DNA of 64,000 nucleotides from Trueperaceae bacterium (GCA_034520945.1 JAXHNB010000005.1:224001-288000), one strand, 5' to 3'. Numbered from the stretch's first letter, positions 1-10,035 are shown. Made by a program: numbers and translations. The notes: generated by a model not told the origin, from the sequence alone.

Positions 1-751
1 CGTCCCGCGGGCCGTTCCCGGCGCCGTAGCTCTCCAGCACCATCCCCTCCACCGGGGCGCGCAGGACGTTTCGCAACGTGTCGGCGCCGATGCCGGGGAA
101 CAGGCGCAGCGCCAGGACGTGCACGCCATGCAGCCGCGCCGCCCGCAACGGCGGGGTGCCGGCGGGGCGGACGCGCGCGGCGTTCACGTCGATCGTCACG
201 CCGGCCCGGCCCAGTTCGGGCGCGTTGGGGCTCTCGAACGCGTCGAAGCCGAAGGCGGAGGTCTTGGTGGTGCGCACGGCGCGCAACAGGCGCCCGCCGA
301 AGAACACCGTGACCTCGGGCAGGTCGTCGCGTGCGGCCAGCATCAGCGAGGTGACGAGGTTCTCGCGCGCGTCGCTGCGGGGCTCGGCCAGGGGGACCTG
401 CGCGCCGGTGAATACCACCGGCCGCGCCAGGCCCTGCAGCAAAAAGGCGACGGCGGAGGCGCTGTACGCCATGGTGTCGGTGCCGTGCAGGACCACGAAG
501 CCCGCCGCCTCGCCCTGGTGCGCCACCAGGGTGTCGGCGATCGTTTGCCAGTCGCGGGGGCGCGCGTCGCTGCTGTCCAGCAGGGGACCGGGCTCGATCA
601 GCCGGAAGTCCGGCACGTCGGGATGCGCCAGCTCGGGCATCGCCTCCAACATCGACGTCAGATGCCCGGCCTCGGGCACGTACCCCTGGGGACCGCGGCG
701 CATGCCGAGCGTGCCACCGGTGTGGACCAGCAGGACGGGCGTGTCGGCCAT
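1..751 (-). CDS. ansA: L-asparaginase type I (3' end runs off the window)
   Basis: Manual translation from ATG 751: MADTPVLLVHTGGTLGM...GFVVLHGTDTMAYSAS...PVVFTGAQ...ESYGAGN. TGGT and HGTDT are asparaginase motifs. Not in the ORF track. Confidence 0.88.
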   Translation of the reverse strand, partial: MADTPVLLVHTGGTLGMRRGPQGYVPEAGHLTSMLEAMPELAHPDVPDFRLIEPGPLLDSSDARPRDWQTIADTLVAHQGEAAGFVVLHGTDTMAYSASAVAFLLQGLARPVVFTGAQVPLAEPRSDARENLVTSLMLAARDDLPEVTVFFGGRLLRAVRTTKTSAFGFDAFESPNAPELGRAGVTIDVNAARVRPAGTPPLRAARLHGVHVLALRLFPGIGADTLRNVLRAPVEGMVLESYGAGNGPRD

Positions 752-777
752 GGGCCCAGCCTACCCGCGGGCCGGGC

Positions 778-1341
778 TCAGCGAATGCCGGGCGGAACCT
801 GCGTCGGGGGCGGCTCGGGCAGGCCCTCGGGCATGGGAACCCCCTCGAGGCGCTTCATCATGCCGTTCTCGTTGCACCCGACGAAGAAGGGGCAGCGCAG
901 GCACTCCGACCACACGCGAGGGTGCAGGTTCTTGGTCTTGTCGATCAGGTGGAACCCGCAGCGCTCGAAGAAGCCGACCTCGTACGTCCATGCGAACAAC
1001 AACGGAATGCCGACCCGCCGGGCCTCCTCCTCGCAGGCGGCCACCAGCGCCCGCCCCACCCCCTTGGCCTCCACGTCCGGCGCCACCGCCAAGCCCCGAA
1101 CCTCGGCGATGTCGCCCCACAGGACGTGCAGCGCCCCGTTGCCCGCGAACGCGACGCTGCCGTCCGGCCGTTCCACCTCGGCCACGAAGAAGTCGCGGAG
1201 GTTCTCGAAGATGTCCTGCGTGGGTCGCACCAGCATGCGGGACTGCCGCGCCCAGTAGCCGATGTTCTCGAAGATGCGCGGCACGTCGGAGGCGCGGGCG
1301 TGCCGGACGTGCACGGACGCGGCCGCCTCGGGCGTGCTCAC
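778..1341 (-). CDS. argA: Short GNAT-type N-acetylglutamate synthase (ArgA-like)
   Basis: GTG overlaps the argH stop. ...ENLRDFFVAE...ALHVLWGDIAEVRGLAV...GVGRALV...WSECLRCPFFVGCNE. Lies in the arg operon. Confidence 0.75.
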   Translation of the reverse strand: MSTPEAAASVHVRHARASDVPRIFENIGYWARQSRMLVRPTQDIFENLRDFFVAEVERPDGSVAFAGNGALHVLWGDIAEVRGLAVAPDVEAKGVGRALVAACEEEARRVGIPLLFAWTYEVGFFERCGFHLIDKTKNLHPRVWSECLRCPFFVGCNENGMMKRLEGVPMPEGLPEPPPTQVPPGIR

Positions 1342-2750
1342 CGCGGGTCCTCCCCCTCGGGCGCCTCCTCCGCCAGCGCCCCCTGCAGCGCGTCGATGCG
1401 TTCCCGCACGCGCACCTGGGCCGTGCCGCCGTAGCTGGTGCGGCCGGCCACCACCTGCTCCAGGGCCAGCGCGCCATACACGTCGGCTTCGATGGCGTCG
1501 TCGACGGCGCGCATCGTCTCGAGCGGCAGCGCCTCCAGCGAGACGCCGCGCTCCAGCGCGGTCCGCACCAGCCGCCCGACCCGCTCGTGCGCCTCGCGGA
1601 ACGGCCGGCCCTTGCGGACCAGGTAGTCCGCCAGGTCGGTGGCGTTGGCGTAGGCCTCGGCCGCCGCCGCGCGCATCCGTTCGGCGTTCACCTGGGTCCG
1701 GGGCAGCATGTCGGCCTGCAGCGTCAGGCAGGCCCGCAGGGTGGCCACCGCGTCGAACACCCCCTCCTTGTCCTCCTGCATGTCCTTGTTGTACGCCAGC
1801 GGCAGGCCCTTCATCACGGTCAACGACGCCATCAACGCGCCGTACACGCGGCCGGTCTTGCCGCGGATCAGCTCGCTGACGTCGGGGTTCTTCTTCTGCG
1901 GCATGATGGAGCTTCCCGTGGTGTGGCTGTCGGGCAGCGTCACGAAGCCGAACTCCTGCGTCGACCACAAAATCAGTTCCTCCGACATGCGCGACAGGTG
2001 CATCATGCACAGGCTGGCCGCCGCCAGGAACTCGATCGCGAAGTCGCGGTCGCTGACGGCGTCCATCGAGTTGTCCGCCGGCCGCGCGAAGCCCAGCAGC
2101 GCCGCGGTGCGGTGGCGGTCGATGGGAAAGGTGGTGCCGGCCAGCGCACCCGCGCCCAGCGGGCTGACGTTCATGCGGGCCAGCCCGTCGCGCAGGCGCC
2201 CCTCGTCGCGCGCCAGCATCTCCTGCCAGGCCAGCACGTGATGCGAGAACAACACCGGTTGGGCGACCTGCAGGTGCGTGTAGCCCGGCATCACCACGCC
2301 CAGGTGCGCCTCGGCGAGGTCGACCAGCACGCGGCGCAGCGCGCGGAGCAGGCGCAGCAGGACCCGGACGTGCCGCCGCAGCCACATCCGGAAGTCGGTC
2401 GCGACCTGGTCGTTGCGGCTGCGGGCGGTGTGCAGGCGCCCCCCGACCGGTCCGATGCGCTGTGTCAACGCCGCCTCGAGGTTCATGTGCACGTCCTCCA
2501 GCGCAAGCTGCCAGTCGAAGGTTCCCGCCTCGACCTCGCCGCGCAGGTCACGAAGGCCCGCGATCAGCGCCGCGGCGTCCTCCTCCGGCACGATGCCCTG
2601 CTCGCCCAGCATGCGGGCGTGCGCCTCCGATCCGCTCAGGTCGTCCAGCGCCAGCTCGCGGTCGACGTCGATCGAGGCGTTGAACGCCTGCACCATTAGG
2701 TCGGTGTCGCCTGTGAACCGACCGCCCCACATCCGCTTGGCGGCGTTCAT
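1338..2750 (-). CDS. argH: Argininosuccinate lyase
   Basis: MWGGRF start, HTARSRNDQ, PGYTHLQ, GSSIMPQKKNPD signature. Confidence 0.97.
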   Translation of the reverse strand: MNAAKRMWGGRFTGDTDLMVQAFNASIDVDRELALDDLSGSEAHARMLGEQGIVPEEDAAALIAGLRDLRGEVEAGTFDWQLALEDVHMNLEAALTQRIGPVGGRLHTARSRNDQVATDFRMWLRRHVRVLLRLLRALRRVLVDLAEAHLGVVMPGYTHLQVAQPVLFSHHVLAWQEMLARDEGRLRDGLARMNVSPLGAGALAGTTFPIDRHRTAALLGFARPADNSMDAVSDRDFAIEFLAAASLCMMHLSRMSEELILWSTQEFGFVTLPDSHTTGSSIMPQKKNPDVSELIRGKTGRVYGALMASLTVMKGLPLAYNKDMQEDKEGVFDAVATLRACLTLQADMLPRTQVNAERMRAAAAEAYANATDLADYLVRKGRPFREAHERVGRLVRTALERGVSLEALPLETMRAVDDAIEADVYGALALEQVVAGRTSYGGTAQVRVRERIDALQGALAEEAPEGEDPR

Positions 2751-3271
2751 GGCGCGGTGCTCGGCTGACGCTGCCAGGTGCCGCCGACGCGCTTGTGCAG
2801 CTCCACGCCGGCGCCGTCACGGCCGACCTCGCGGTAGCCCAGCCGCTGGTAGTAGGGCAGCAGCGCCTCCTGGGCGCGGGGGAGCGTCAGCGACAGCGAC
2901 TGCACGTTGCGCTTGATCGCCAACGCCTCGACCTTGGTCATCAACCAGCGGCCGAACCCCTGCCCCCGCGCTTCCGGGAGGGTGGCGATGGGGTCGACGC
3001 GCCATCCGCTGCCGCTGCCCGCCCAGCGCCAGCGGAGACCGCACAGCGCGCGGCCCTGGGCGTCCTCCAGCACCAGGGCGCCGCCGTGCTCCAGCCAGCC
3101 CTGCATGGTCTCGGTCGTGTCCGGAACGTCGTCGCCGCTCGCCTCGTCGGCGCAGGCCTCACGCCACAAGCGCGCCAGGCGTTCGGCGTCGCCCTGGCTG
3201 GCCCAGCGGAGCCGGGCGGCCTCGTAGGCGCGGTTGGAGCCGAGTTCCGCCGGGTCCGCCACCGTGCTCAC
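2747..3271 (-). CDS. GNAT family acetyltransferase
   Basis: [14 protein letters not shown] acetyl-CoA motif, YYQRLGY. Overlaps both argG and argH by 4 nt. Confidence 0.8.
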   Translation of the reverse strand: MSTVADPAELGSNRAYEAARLRWASQGDAERLARLWREACADEASGDDVPDTTETMQGWLEHGGALVLEDAQGRALCGLRWRWAGSGSGWRVDPIATLPEARGQGFGRWLMTKVEALAIKRNVQSLSLTLPRAQEALLPYYQRLGYREVGRDGAGVELHKRVGGTWQRQPSTAP

Positions 3272-4494
3272 GCCCCGTCTGGGCCTTGTGGCCCCTCAGC
3301 CGCCTGCCGGGCGATGCGGAGCCGCAACGCGTTCAGCTTGATGAACCCCTCCGCGTCGCCCTGGTGGTAGACGTCGTCCTCCTCGAAGGTGACGACGTCG
3401 CGCCGGTAGAGGCTGTTCGGGCTCTTGCGCCCCGTGATCATGAGCGAGCCCTTGAACAGCTTCAGGCGCGCCGTTCCGTTGACGGGTCGCTGCACGTCGT
3501 CCATCAGGTTCTGGAGCGCTTCGCGCTCGGGCGCGTACCAGAAGCCGTCGTACACGCACTGCGCGTAGCGTGGGATCAGCTCGTCGCGCATCTCGAGCAC
3601 CTTGCGGTCCAGCGTGATCTGCTCGACGGCCTTGTGGGCGTGGTAGAGCAGCGTCCCGCCGGGCGTCTCGTAACACCCGCGCGACTTCATGCCGACGAAG
3701 CGGTTCTCGACGATGTCGACCCGCCCCACGCCGTGCGCGCCGGCCAACTCGTTGGCGCGGGTCAGCAACGCGACCGGGTCCAGGCGTTCGCCGTCGATGG
3801 CGACGGGATCGCCGTGCTCGAAGGTGACCTCGACGCTGCGCGGCGTGTCCGGCGCCTGCTCCGGGCTGGCGGTGCGGTCCCACATCTCGGCGGGGGGCTC
3901 GTGCCAGGGATCCTCCAGGACGCCGCCCTCGTAGCTGACATGGAACAGGTTGGCGTCCATCGAGAACGGCTTCTCCTTGGTGGCCGACACCGGGATGCCG
4001 TGCGCTTCGGCGTAGGCGATGCAGTCCTCGCGGCCCTTCAGGTCCCACTCGCGCCACGGGGCGATCACCCGAATGTCGGGCGCCAGCGCGTAGGCGGACA
4101 TCTCGAAGCGCACCTGGTCGTTGCCCTTGCCCGTCGCGCCGTGCGCGATGGCGTCCGCGCCCTCCTCTCGCGCGATCTCGACCATCTTGCGGGCGATCAG
4201 GGGCCGCGCGAAGCTGGTGCCGAGAAGGTAGTACCCCTCGTAGATGGCGCCGGCGCGCAGGACGGGGAACACGAACTCGCGGACGAAGGCGTCTTTGAGG
4301 TCGACGGCGTAGGCGTGCGAGGCGCCGGTCGCCAACGCCTTGCGTTCGGCCTCGGCCACCTCCTCGCCCTGGCCGACGTCGGCGGTGAAGGCGATCACCT
4401 CGGCGCCGTAGGTCTCCTTGATCCAGGCGAGGATGACGGAGGTATCCAGCCCGCCGGAGTAGGCGAGCACCACCTTGCGAACGTCGCGGGTCAT
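3268..4494 (-). CDS. argG: Argininosuccinate synthase
   Basis: ATG 4494 with [48 protein letters not shown]. Confidence 0.97.
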   Translation of the reverse strand: MTRDVRKVVLAYSGGLDTSVILAWIKETYGAEVIAFTADVGQGEEVAEAERKALATGASHAYAVDLKDAFVREFVFPVLRAGAIYEGYYLLGTSFARPLIARKMVEIAREEGADAIAHGATGKGNDQVRFEMSAYALAPDIRVIAPWREWDLKGREDCIAYAEAHGIPVSATKEKPFSMDANLFHVSYEGGVLEDPWHEPPAEMWDRTASPEQAPDTPRSVEVTFEHGDPVAIDGERLDPVALLTRANELAGAHGVGRVDIVENRFVGMKSRGCYETPGGTLLYHAHKAVEQITLDRKVLEMRDELIPRYAQCVYDGFWYAPEREALQNLMDDVQRPVNGTARLKLFKGSLMITGRKSPNSLYRRDVVTFEEDDVYHQGDAEGFIKLNALRLRIARQAAEGPQGPDGA

Positions 4495-4577
4495 TGGGGC
4501 CTCCTCGGGGTCCGAAGAACGACCCACGCCACGGTCGCACCGCGACACGCCGAATCTCCGCCCGCTCGGAGCGGGGG

Positions 4578-4622
4578 TCAGCGGCGTCGGGCGCGGCGTG
4601 TGGTGTGGGTGTGGTGGGTCAT
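4578..4622 (-). CDS. Putative Arg-rich leader peptide [14 protein letters not shown]
   Basis: ATG ACC CAC CAC ACC CAC ACC ACA CGC CGC GCC CGA CGC CGC TGA in the argG 5' leader; 5 of the last 6 codons are Arg. Confidence 0.6.
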   Translation of the reverse strand: MTHHTHTTRRARRR

Positions 4623-4653
4623 GGGGATACGCCACGTTGCATGGGTATGCAAC
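4618..4653. promoter_or_regulatory. Tandem ARG boxes (ArgR operator)
   Basis: Perfect TGCAT-N4-ATGCA at 4638-4651, plus a degenerate GTCAT-N4-ATACG at 4618-4631 (20 bp period), upstream of argG. Confidence 0.7.
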
Positions 4654-4672
4654 GTAGGCGATGACGCCCAGC

Positions 4673-4701
4673 AATCTAGCACCCCCCGCAGGTGCGGTCA
4701 A
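4673..4701 (-). promoter_or_regulatory. sigma70-type promoter of the arg operon
   Basis: TTGACC (4701-4696), 17 bp spacer, TGc-TAGATT (4678-4673). Confidence 0.7.
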
Positions 4702-5603
4702 GCGTCCGGCGCGGTCGGCGCCGGCGGCAGCGTGCGCCGCGGGCGCCACCCCGACAGGGCGGCGCAGCACAACACCACGGCGGCGCCGGCGAGGCCCAGC
4801 GCGCCCATGCGCTCCCCGAAGGCGGCCCAGGCGACGGCGCCGGCCACCACCGGTTCGACCGTGGCCACCAGCACCGCGCGCGACGCGGTCGCGCGCCGCA
4901 GACCGAGGCCGTACAGGAGGTAGGCCAGGTAGGTGGACACCAGCGCCGCGCCCGCCAACAAAAGCCAGGCCTGCGGCGGTTTGGCGCCCCACGGCACGAA
5001 CGGGGCGATGCCGATCGCCCCCAGCGGCAGGGCCACGCCGTACAGCTGGACCGGCGGCTGCCGCGCCAGCAGGCGTTTGCCCAGCAGGTAGTAGCTGGCG
5101 TACCCGAACCCCGCCGCCAACCCCCAGGCGATCGCGGCCGGCGTCGGGGTGACCCCCTCGCCCTGCGCGAACGACACCAGCGCTACGCCCGACATGACGC
5201 CGGCGGTGAGGGCCCACTGCAACGCCGTGGGCCGTTCCCCCAGGATCGGGCCGGAGGTGAGGGTCACCCAGGCGGGCGCCGTGTACAGCAACACGAACGC
5301 CAGGCTGATGCCGCCCGCGTCGATGGCGCGGATCAACGCGACGTAGAACAGGCTCACCCCGATCACCGCGAACGCTGCGGTGCCCACGGCGTGGGCGGGG
5401 GGGACGGGGCGGAGGCGTCGCGCGACGAGGGCATGCGCGGCGAAGGCCGATCCGCCGAGGAGCGCCCGCCAGAAGGCGATCTCGGTCGCGGCCACCCCCA
5501 ACGCCAGCAGTCCGGCCGAAAACGCGCCCAACAGGCCCCACAACACGGCGGCCGCCGCGACCAGCACCAGGCCGCCCAGCTCGCCGCCGGGCGCGTCGCT
5601 CAC
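4698..5603 (-). CDS. DMT/EamA family permease
   Basis: About 10 hydrophobic segments; LLYTAPAWV and ATVEPVVA typical of EamA. Confidence 0.85.
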   Translation of the reverse strand: MSDAPGGELGGLVLVAAAAVLWGLLGAFSAGLLALGVAATEIAFWRALLGGSAFAAHALVARRLRPVPPAHAVGTAAFAVIGVSLFYVALIRAIDAGGISLAFVLLYTAPAWVTLTSGPILGERPTALQWALTAGVMSGVALVSFAQGEGVTPTPAAIAWGLAAGFGYASYYLLGKRLLARQPPVQLYGVALPLGAIGIAPFVPWGAKPPQAWLLLAGAALVSTYLAYLLYGLGLRRATASRAVLVATVEPVVAGAVAWAAFGERMGALGLAGAAVVLCCAALSGWRPRRTLPPAPTAPDA

Positions 5604-7780
5604 GCCTCAGGGTCGCGCGGGGGCAGCTCCAGCCCGTACGAACGGGCGAGGTCCGGCTTTTCCTCCCGCAGGGCGCGCATGCGCCGTCGGTAATTCGCCG
5701 CCTCGACGGCGAAGCCGGCGGCGTTCAGCACCAGGATCGTCGCCAGGATCCAGACCTCCGTGCGCATCCCCAGCCCCAACGCGCCGGGCGCGCCGGCCCA
5801 CTGCCGGGCCACGTCGCCGGCCAGGATCGACCCGGGCACCAGAAGCAGCAGCCCCCACAGCTCGTCCAGGTGCCCGCTTCCGGGCACCAGCAACGCCAGC
5901 ACGTGGTAGGCGGGGGTGCGGGGCGCCCGCTTGGAGACGCGTGGCCTGGGGATCAGCAGGTTGACCGTTAGCGCGACGAACAGCGTGGCGCAGGCGGCCA
6001 GGAACGCCCACCAGGCGGGGGGTGGCACGCCGGCGGGGCGTGCCTGGGCCGAGCTGCGCCACGGCGCCGTGAAGGCACCGCTTAGCGCGTCGCGCCAGTC
6101 GCCGGCCGCCGCCAGGGCGAAGGCGTACGGCGTCGGCACGGCCAGCAAAGGGTCGTCCTGGAGGTAGCGTTCATGGAACGGCGACGGGTTCGCGGCCTCG
6201 GACAGGTGATGGCGGACCACGAGGTCGCGCGGGTCCGCCTCCAGCGCGGCCGTGAGCAGCGACGCGTCCCCCGTGAGCACCGCCCGGTTGACGAGGGCCG
6301 GCGCGATCTCGCCCGCGCGCGCCAGTTCACGCAGCGCCGCCTCCTCCTCGCCGCGCATCGCCAGGGAGGTGCCGCGCGCGAAGGCGGCGTACGGGGTGTC
6401 GGGGAAGGCCTCCACCGCGTCCACGGCCGGGACGCTGGCCAGGGTCCCGGACGCCAGCGCCGGGGGCAGGTCCTCGCCCCGGTCGGCCCAACCGCCCAGC
6501 ACGGCCATCAGGCCGGCCAGCGCCAGCACCACCAACAGCGCCAGCTTCTCGGGCGTGCCCAGGTGGCGTGGCACCCAGGCGCGCGCCAGGGCGGGGGTGG
6601 ACTGTCCCCGTTCGCGGCGTTGCTTGCGCGCCAGCGTCTGGGCGCGCCACACCTTGGCCAGCAGGGTGAGCCACGCCAGCAGAAGGCCGGCGCCTAGGGC
6701 GGCGGCGCCGCCGTGCCCGAAGCGGCCCAGCGACAGCGCCGCCTGGTCCACCCAGGTCGACATGCCGGCACGCTCGAAGGCGCGGGCGCGCTCACGCCAG
6801 ACGGCGGCCGCTTCGCGGTCGCCGCGTTCGCGCAGCAGGTCCGCGAACGCCTCGAGTTCGTCCACGGTGCCGGGGGCCGCTTGGGCGGTGAGGCGCCAGG
6901 CGTACGGCGCCAGGATGCGGGCGGTCCCCAGATCGCCGTCCGCGACCGCCCGGCCGAAGGCCGCGAAGCCGTACGCGGCGCGCAGCGCGGGATCGGTCGC
7001 CAGCCGCGGATCGTAGTCGCGTGCGGCGAAGTCGGACAGCGCCGCTTCCATCGCGTCTGCCGCCGCCCCTTCGTGCCCCTCTTGGGCCAGGGCCGCCCCG
7101 AGGCCGAACGATTCGAAGAACGGCAACGCCGCGGCGGCGTCCACGGCGTCGTCCCGCAAGGCCTCGGCCTCCTCCGGGTCGCCGGCGCTGCGCGACGCCG
7201 CCAGCGCCAACCACGGGTCCGTGGGGTCGCGCGCCCACGCCGTCGCGGCGTCTTCCGCCTCGGCCGCACCTTTGCGCAGCTGATCGAACGTCCGGGGGTC
7301 GGTTCCGAAGCGGACCGGCGCGGCGGGACCGTCGGCCCCGATCGGGAGCGTTTCGGAGCGGCCCGTGGCGTGCACGACCTCGACGACGAGGCCGTCGTCG
7401 CCGCGGCGCAGGGCCTCCGCAGCCGCGGGCAGCGCCGCGCGCCGCCGCACCTCGCCCGTGGCGGCGTCCAGGAAGACGAGGTACGTCCCATGCGCCACGA
7501 CCACCTGATCATCGCGGCGGACCGGCGCCAGCGCCTCGACGCCGGCGGGGCGAAGGGCGACCCGCCATGCCTCCTCGCCGTCCCGCTGCGCCACGACGCT
7601 GGACGATGCGGCGTCCCAGGAGACCTGCAGCGCCGGCGCGTCCTCGTCCCCCGCCGCGGGCGCTTCGGGCGGCGCTTGCGCCGGCACGAGGCCGCAGCAG
7701 GCCACGACGGTCACGACGAGGAACGCGCGCACGAACCGGGCGCGGCGCGTACGCGGATCGGGATCGGACGTCCACAGCAT
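5600..7780 (-). CDS. Large membrane protein with PQQ-like beta repeats and helical/TPR-like region
   Basis: N-terminal signal-like segment, [12 protein letters not shown] repeat, several C-terminal TM helices; TAGGTT 6 nt before ATG. Confidence 0.6.
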   Translation of the reverse strand: MLWTSDPDPRTRRARFVRAFLVVTVVACCGLVPAQAPPEAPAAGDEDAPALQVSWDAASSSVVAQRDGEEAWRVALRPAGVEALAPVRRDDQVVVAHGTYLVFLDAATGEVRRRAALPAAAEALRRGDDGLVVEVVHATGRSETLPIGADGPAAPVRFGTDPRTFDQLRKGAAEAEDAATAWARDPTDPWLALAASRSAGDPEEAEALRDDAVDAAAALPFFESFGLGAALAQEGHEGAAADAMEAALSDFAARDYDPRLATDPALRAAYGFAAFGRAVADGDLGTARILAPYAWRLTAQAAPGTVDELEAFADLLRERGDREAAAVWRERARAFERAGMSTWVDQAALSLGRFGHGGAAALGAGLLLAWLTLLAKVWRAQTLARKQRRERGQSTPALARAWVPRHLGTPEKLALLVVLALAGLMAVLGGWADRGEDLPPALASGTLASVPAVDAVEAFPDTPYAAFARGTSLAMRGEEEAALRELARAGEIAPALVNRAVLTGDASLLTAALEADPRDLVVRHHLSEAANPSPFHERYLQDDPLLAVPTPYAFALAAAGDWRDALSGAFTAPWRSSAQARPAGVPPPAWWAFLAACATLFVALTVNLLIPRPRVSKRAPRTPAYHVLALLVPGSGHLDELWGLLLLVPGSILAGDVARQWAGAPGALGLGMRTEVWILATILVLNAAGFAVEAANYRRRMRALREEKPDLARSYGLELPPRDPEA

Positions 7781-7878
7781 GCCGCCAACCTACCGCACCA
7801 CCTCCGTGCGCGGGCGCGGATCCTCCTGGCGGACCGCCGCCGCAGGGACCGTCACGGACGGCTGCTATACTTCGCGAG

Positions 7879-8574
7879 ATGTCTTTTGAAGCGTGGTCCC
7901 GGTTGGCCGAGCCGTTCGGGCCCGACGGCGTGGCGTGGGACGCGGTGGCCGAGGCCGCGGACGGGGCGCGGGTACGTCTGGCCCCCAGGCCGTCCGCGGC
8001 GGCGCTGCGGGCCCGCTTGGACGAGGTGGTGGGCCCGGAGGCCTGGTCGCTACGGCTTCGGCCGTGGGGCGCGGATGGGTTGATCGCCGAACTCGCCATC
8101 GGCGGCGCGACCCGCGCGGCGGCCCGCAAGGCCCCGCCTGGGCGCCGGACGCATGCCGGTGCGGCCGCCCCGGAGGCCGGGTGGGACGCCGACCGCCTGG
8201 CGGCGTCGGCGTTCGCCGCGGCCGCCGGCGCGTTCGGGATCGAGACCGGCATCCGCCTGCAGGACGACGGATGGGTCGACGCCGACCCCGACACGGGCGA
8301 GCCCCTGTACCTCCCCGAGCACCGTGGGGCGGCCCCCGCGCCGCCCGCCGACCCGCCGTCCGGCGGGACCGATGGCGCCGCACCCGCCGATGACAAGCCC
8401 GAAGGGCACGCCATGATCGACCGGCTGGTCGAGCGTCTGCGCGGGGAAGGGCTCGGCGCCGAGGCCGCCCGGATCGTCACATTGCACGGCGGGTACGGCC
8501 GCGACGCCGAGGAGCGCCGCGCCCTGTACGCCGAACTGCGTGCCGTGCTGGTCCAGGGGGGGCCGCGGGCGTGA
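7879..8574 (+). CDS. Rad52/Rad22 (DdrA-related) family protein, divergent
   Basis: LAEPF...VAW...RARLDEVVGPEAWS...AFG...WVDAD pattern; TATACT 7 nt before ATG 7879. Confidence 0.65.
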   Translation: MSFEAWSRLAEPFGPDGVAWDAVAEAADGARVRLAPRPSAAALRARLDEVVGPEAWSLRLRPWGADGLIAELAIGGATRAAARKAPPGRRTHAGAAAPEAGWDADRLAASAFAAAAGAFGIETGIRLQDDGWVDADPDTGEPLYLPEHRGAAPAPPADPPSGGTDGAAPADDKPEGHAMIDRLVERLRGEGLGAEAARIVTLHGGYGRDAEERRALYAELRAVLVQGGPRA

Positions 8575-9320
8575 TCAAGGTGGTGGCGGTCGGGGACGTG
8601 CACGGCATGTGGGCCGAGTTGTGGCGCGTCCTCAAGGCCTCGGCGGCCGCCACGCCCAACCTGGAGCCCACCGACGCGGTGATCACCGGGCGGGTGCAGG
8701 TGGTCTGCGTCGGCGACCTGGTGCACTACAAGGACGCCCGCGCCTACGCCAGCGCCGCCGGCGTCGAACCGTACGACGCCAGCGATCCCGACCACCTGCG
8801 GCGGGCCGCCAAGGCGCAGATCCGCGAACTGTACCGGTTCCAGCGCTACGTCCAGCAGGCCGGCGGGCACGTGCAGGTCATCCTCGGCAACCACGACGAC
8901 GTGGCGCTGCACCACCGCTACGAACTGTCCACCCGCGGCGGCCTACGGCACGACGAGTTCGATCCGAAACGGGGTGGGATGGAGCTCCCAGGCGACCTGC
9001 GGACCTGGTTCGAAGGGTTCCCGAGGGAGGTGCGGCGTCACGGCGTGCAGTTCGCCCATGCCGGGCCGACGCCGGGCATGCAGCAGTTCGACGATTTCTT
9101 CTATCACGACCCCGACACCAAGCGTTGGTGGTTCGAGAAGCCCGAGCTGGTGCGTCAGGCGGGCCACCGCTTCGGCGTGTACGGCCACACCGTGATGAAG
9201 GACGGCGTCTACGTCGACCGCGAGCACGGGTTGGCGATGATCGACGCGCTGGCGGAGACGCAGTTCCTGGAGATGTTCCTCGACGACGACCGGCTGGACT
9301 ACACCGTGACCCGGCTGTGA
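8571..9320 (+). CDS. Calcineurin-like metallophosphoesterase
   Basis: GDVHG, GDLVH, GNHD, HAG and GHT motifs. Confidence 0.85.
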   Translation: MIKVVAVGDVHGMWAELWRVLKASAAATPNLEPTDAVITGRVQVVCVGDLVHYKDARAYASAAGVEPYDASDPDHLRRAAKAQIRELYRFQRYVQQAGGHVQVILGNHDDVALHHRYELSTRGGLRHDEFDPKRGGMELPGDLRTWFEGFPREVRRHGVQFAHAGPTPGMQQFDDFFYHDPDTKRWWFEKPELVRQAGHRFGVYGHTVMKDGVYVDREHGLAMIDALAETQFLEMFLDDDRLDYTVTRL

Positions 9321-9345
9321 AGGCCCGAGGCCGGCGGGCGGGGCC

Positions 9346-10026
9346 TCACAGGGCGTAGCCGCCCTGGGCCGCGTCGCGCACCAGCTCGCCGCCCCGCAGC
9401 ACCACCGTCCGCCGTCGCAGCCGGTCCACGATGTCACGGGAGTGCGTCGCCACGAGCACCGTGGTACCGCGAATGTTGAGGTCGTTCAACAGTTCGAGGA
9501 TCTCCCAGCTGGTGTCGGGATCGAGGTTGCCCGTCGGCTCGTCGCAGAGCAGCAGCGGCGGGTTGGTCACCATGGCGCGCGCGATGGCGACGCGCTGCTG
9601 TTCGCCCAACGACAATTCGATCGGGCTCGCCTTGCGCTTGTGCGCCAGGCCGACCTGGCGCAACACCTGCAGGGCGCGCTGGTCCAGGTTGCCGCGCGTA
9701 CCGGTGGCGCGCAGGGCGAAGGTGAGGTTCTCGAGCGCCGAGCGGCCCCCCAGGAGTCGGTGGTCCTGGAACACCATGCCGATGGCGCGCCGCAGCAGCG
9801 GCAGCCTGCGTTCGGGAAGGAGCGCGAGATCTTGGTTGTTGACCAGGACGCGCCCGTCGCTCGGGGTGATCCGGCGCAGCAGCAGCGCCAGCAGCGTCGA
9901 CTTGCCCGCCCCCGAATGGCCCGTGACGTACACGAACTCGCCTTTGCGCACCGAGAAATCGACGTCGTAGAGCGCGTGGGTGTGCGTGCGCGCGTACGTC
10001 TTGGTGACGTGCTCGAACCGGATCAC
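9346..10026 (-). CDS. ftsE: Cell division ABC ATPase FtsE
   Basis: MIRFEHVTKTY, GHSGAGKST, LRRAIGMVFQD, DEPTGNLDPDTSWEI. Confidence 0.9.
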   Translation of the reverse strand: MIRFEHVTKTYARTHTHALYDVDFSVRKGEFVYVTGHSGAGKSTLLALLLRRITPSDGRVLVNNQDLALLPERRLPLLRRAIGMVFQDHRLLGGRSALENLTFALRATGTRGNLDQRALQVLRQVGLAHKRKASPIELSLGEQQRVAIARAMVTNPPLLLCDEPTGNLDPDTSWEILELLNDLNIRGTTVLVATHSRDIVDRLRRRTVVLRGGELVRDAAQGGYAL

Positions 10027-10035
10027 GGCCCCATG

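Noticed and set aside
3268..5541. Apparent fusions or long N-terminal extensions (argG 757 aa; likewise 778-2385, 10036-13194, 33363-35549, 45903-47636)
   Set aside because: The real genes start at downstream codons with an SD, a -10 motif or a stop overlap; the extensions overlap other genes out of frame.
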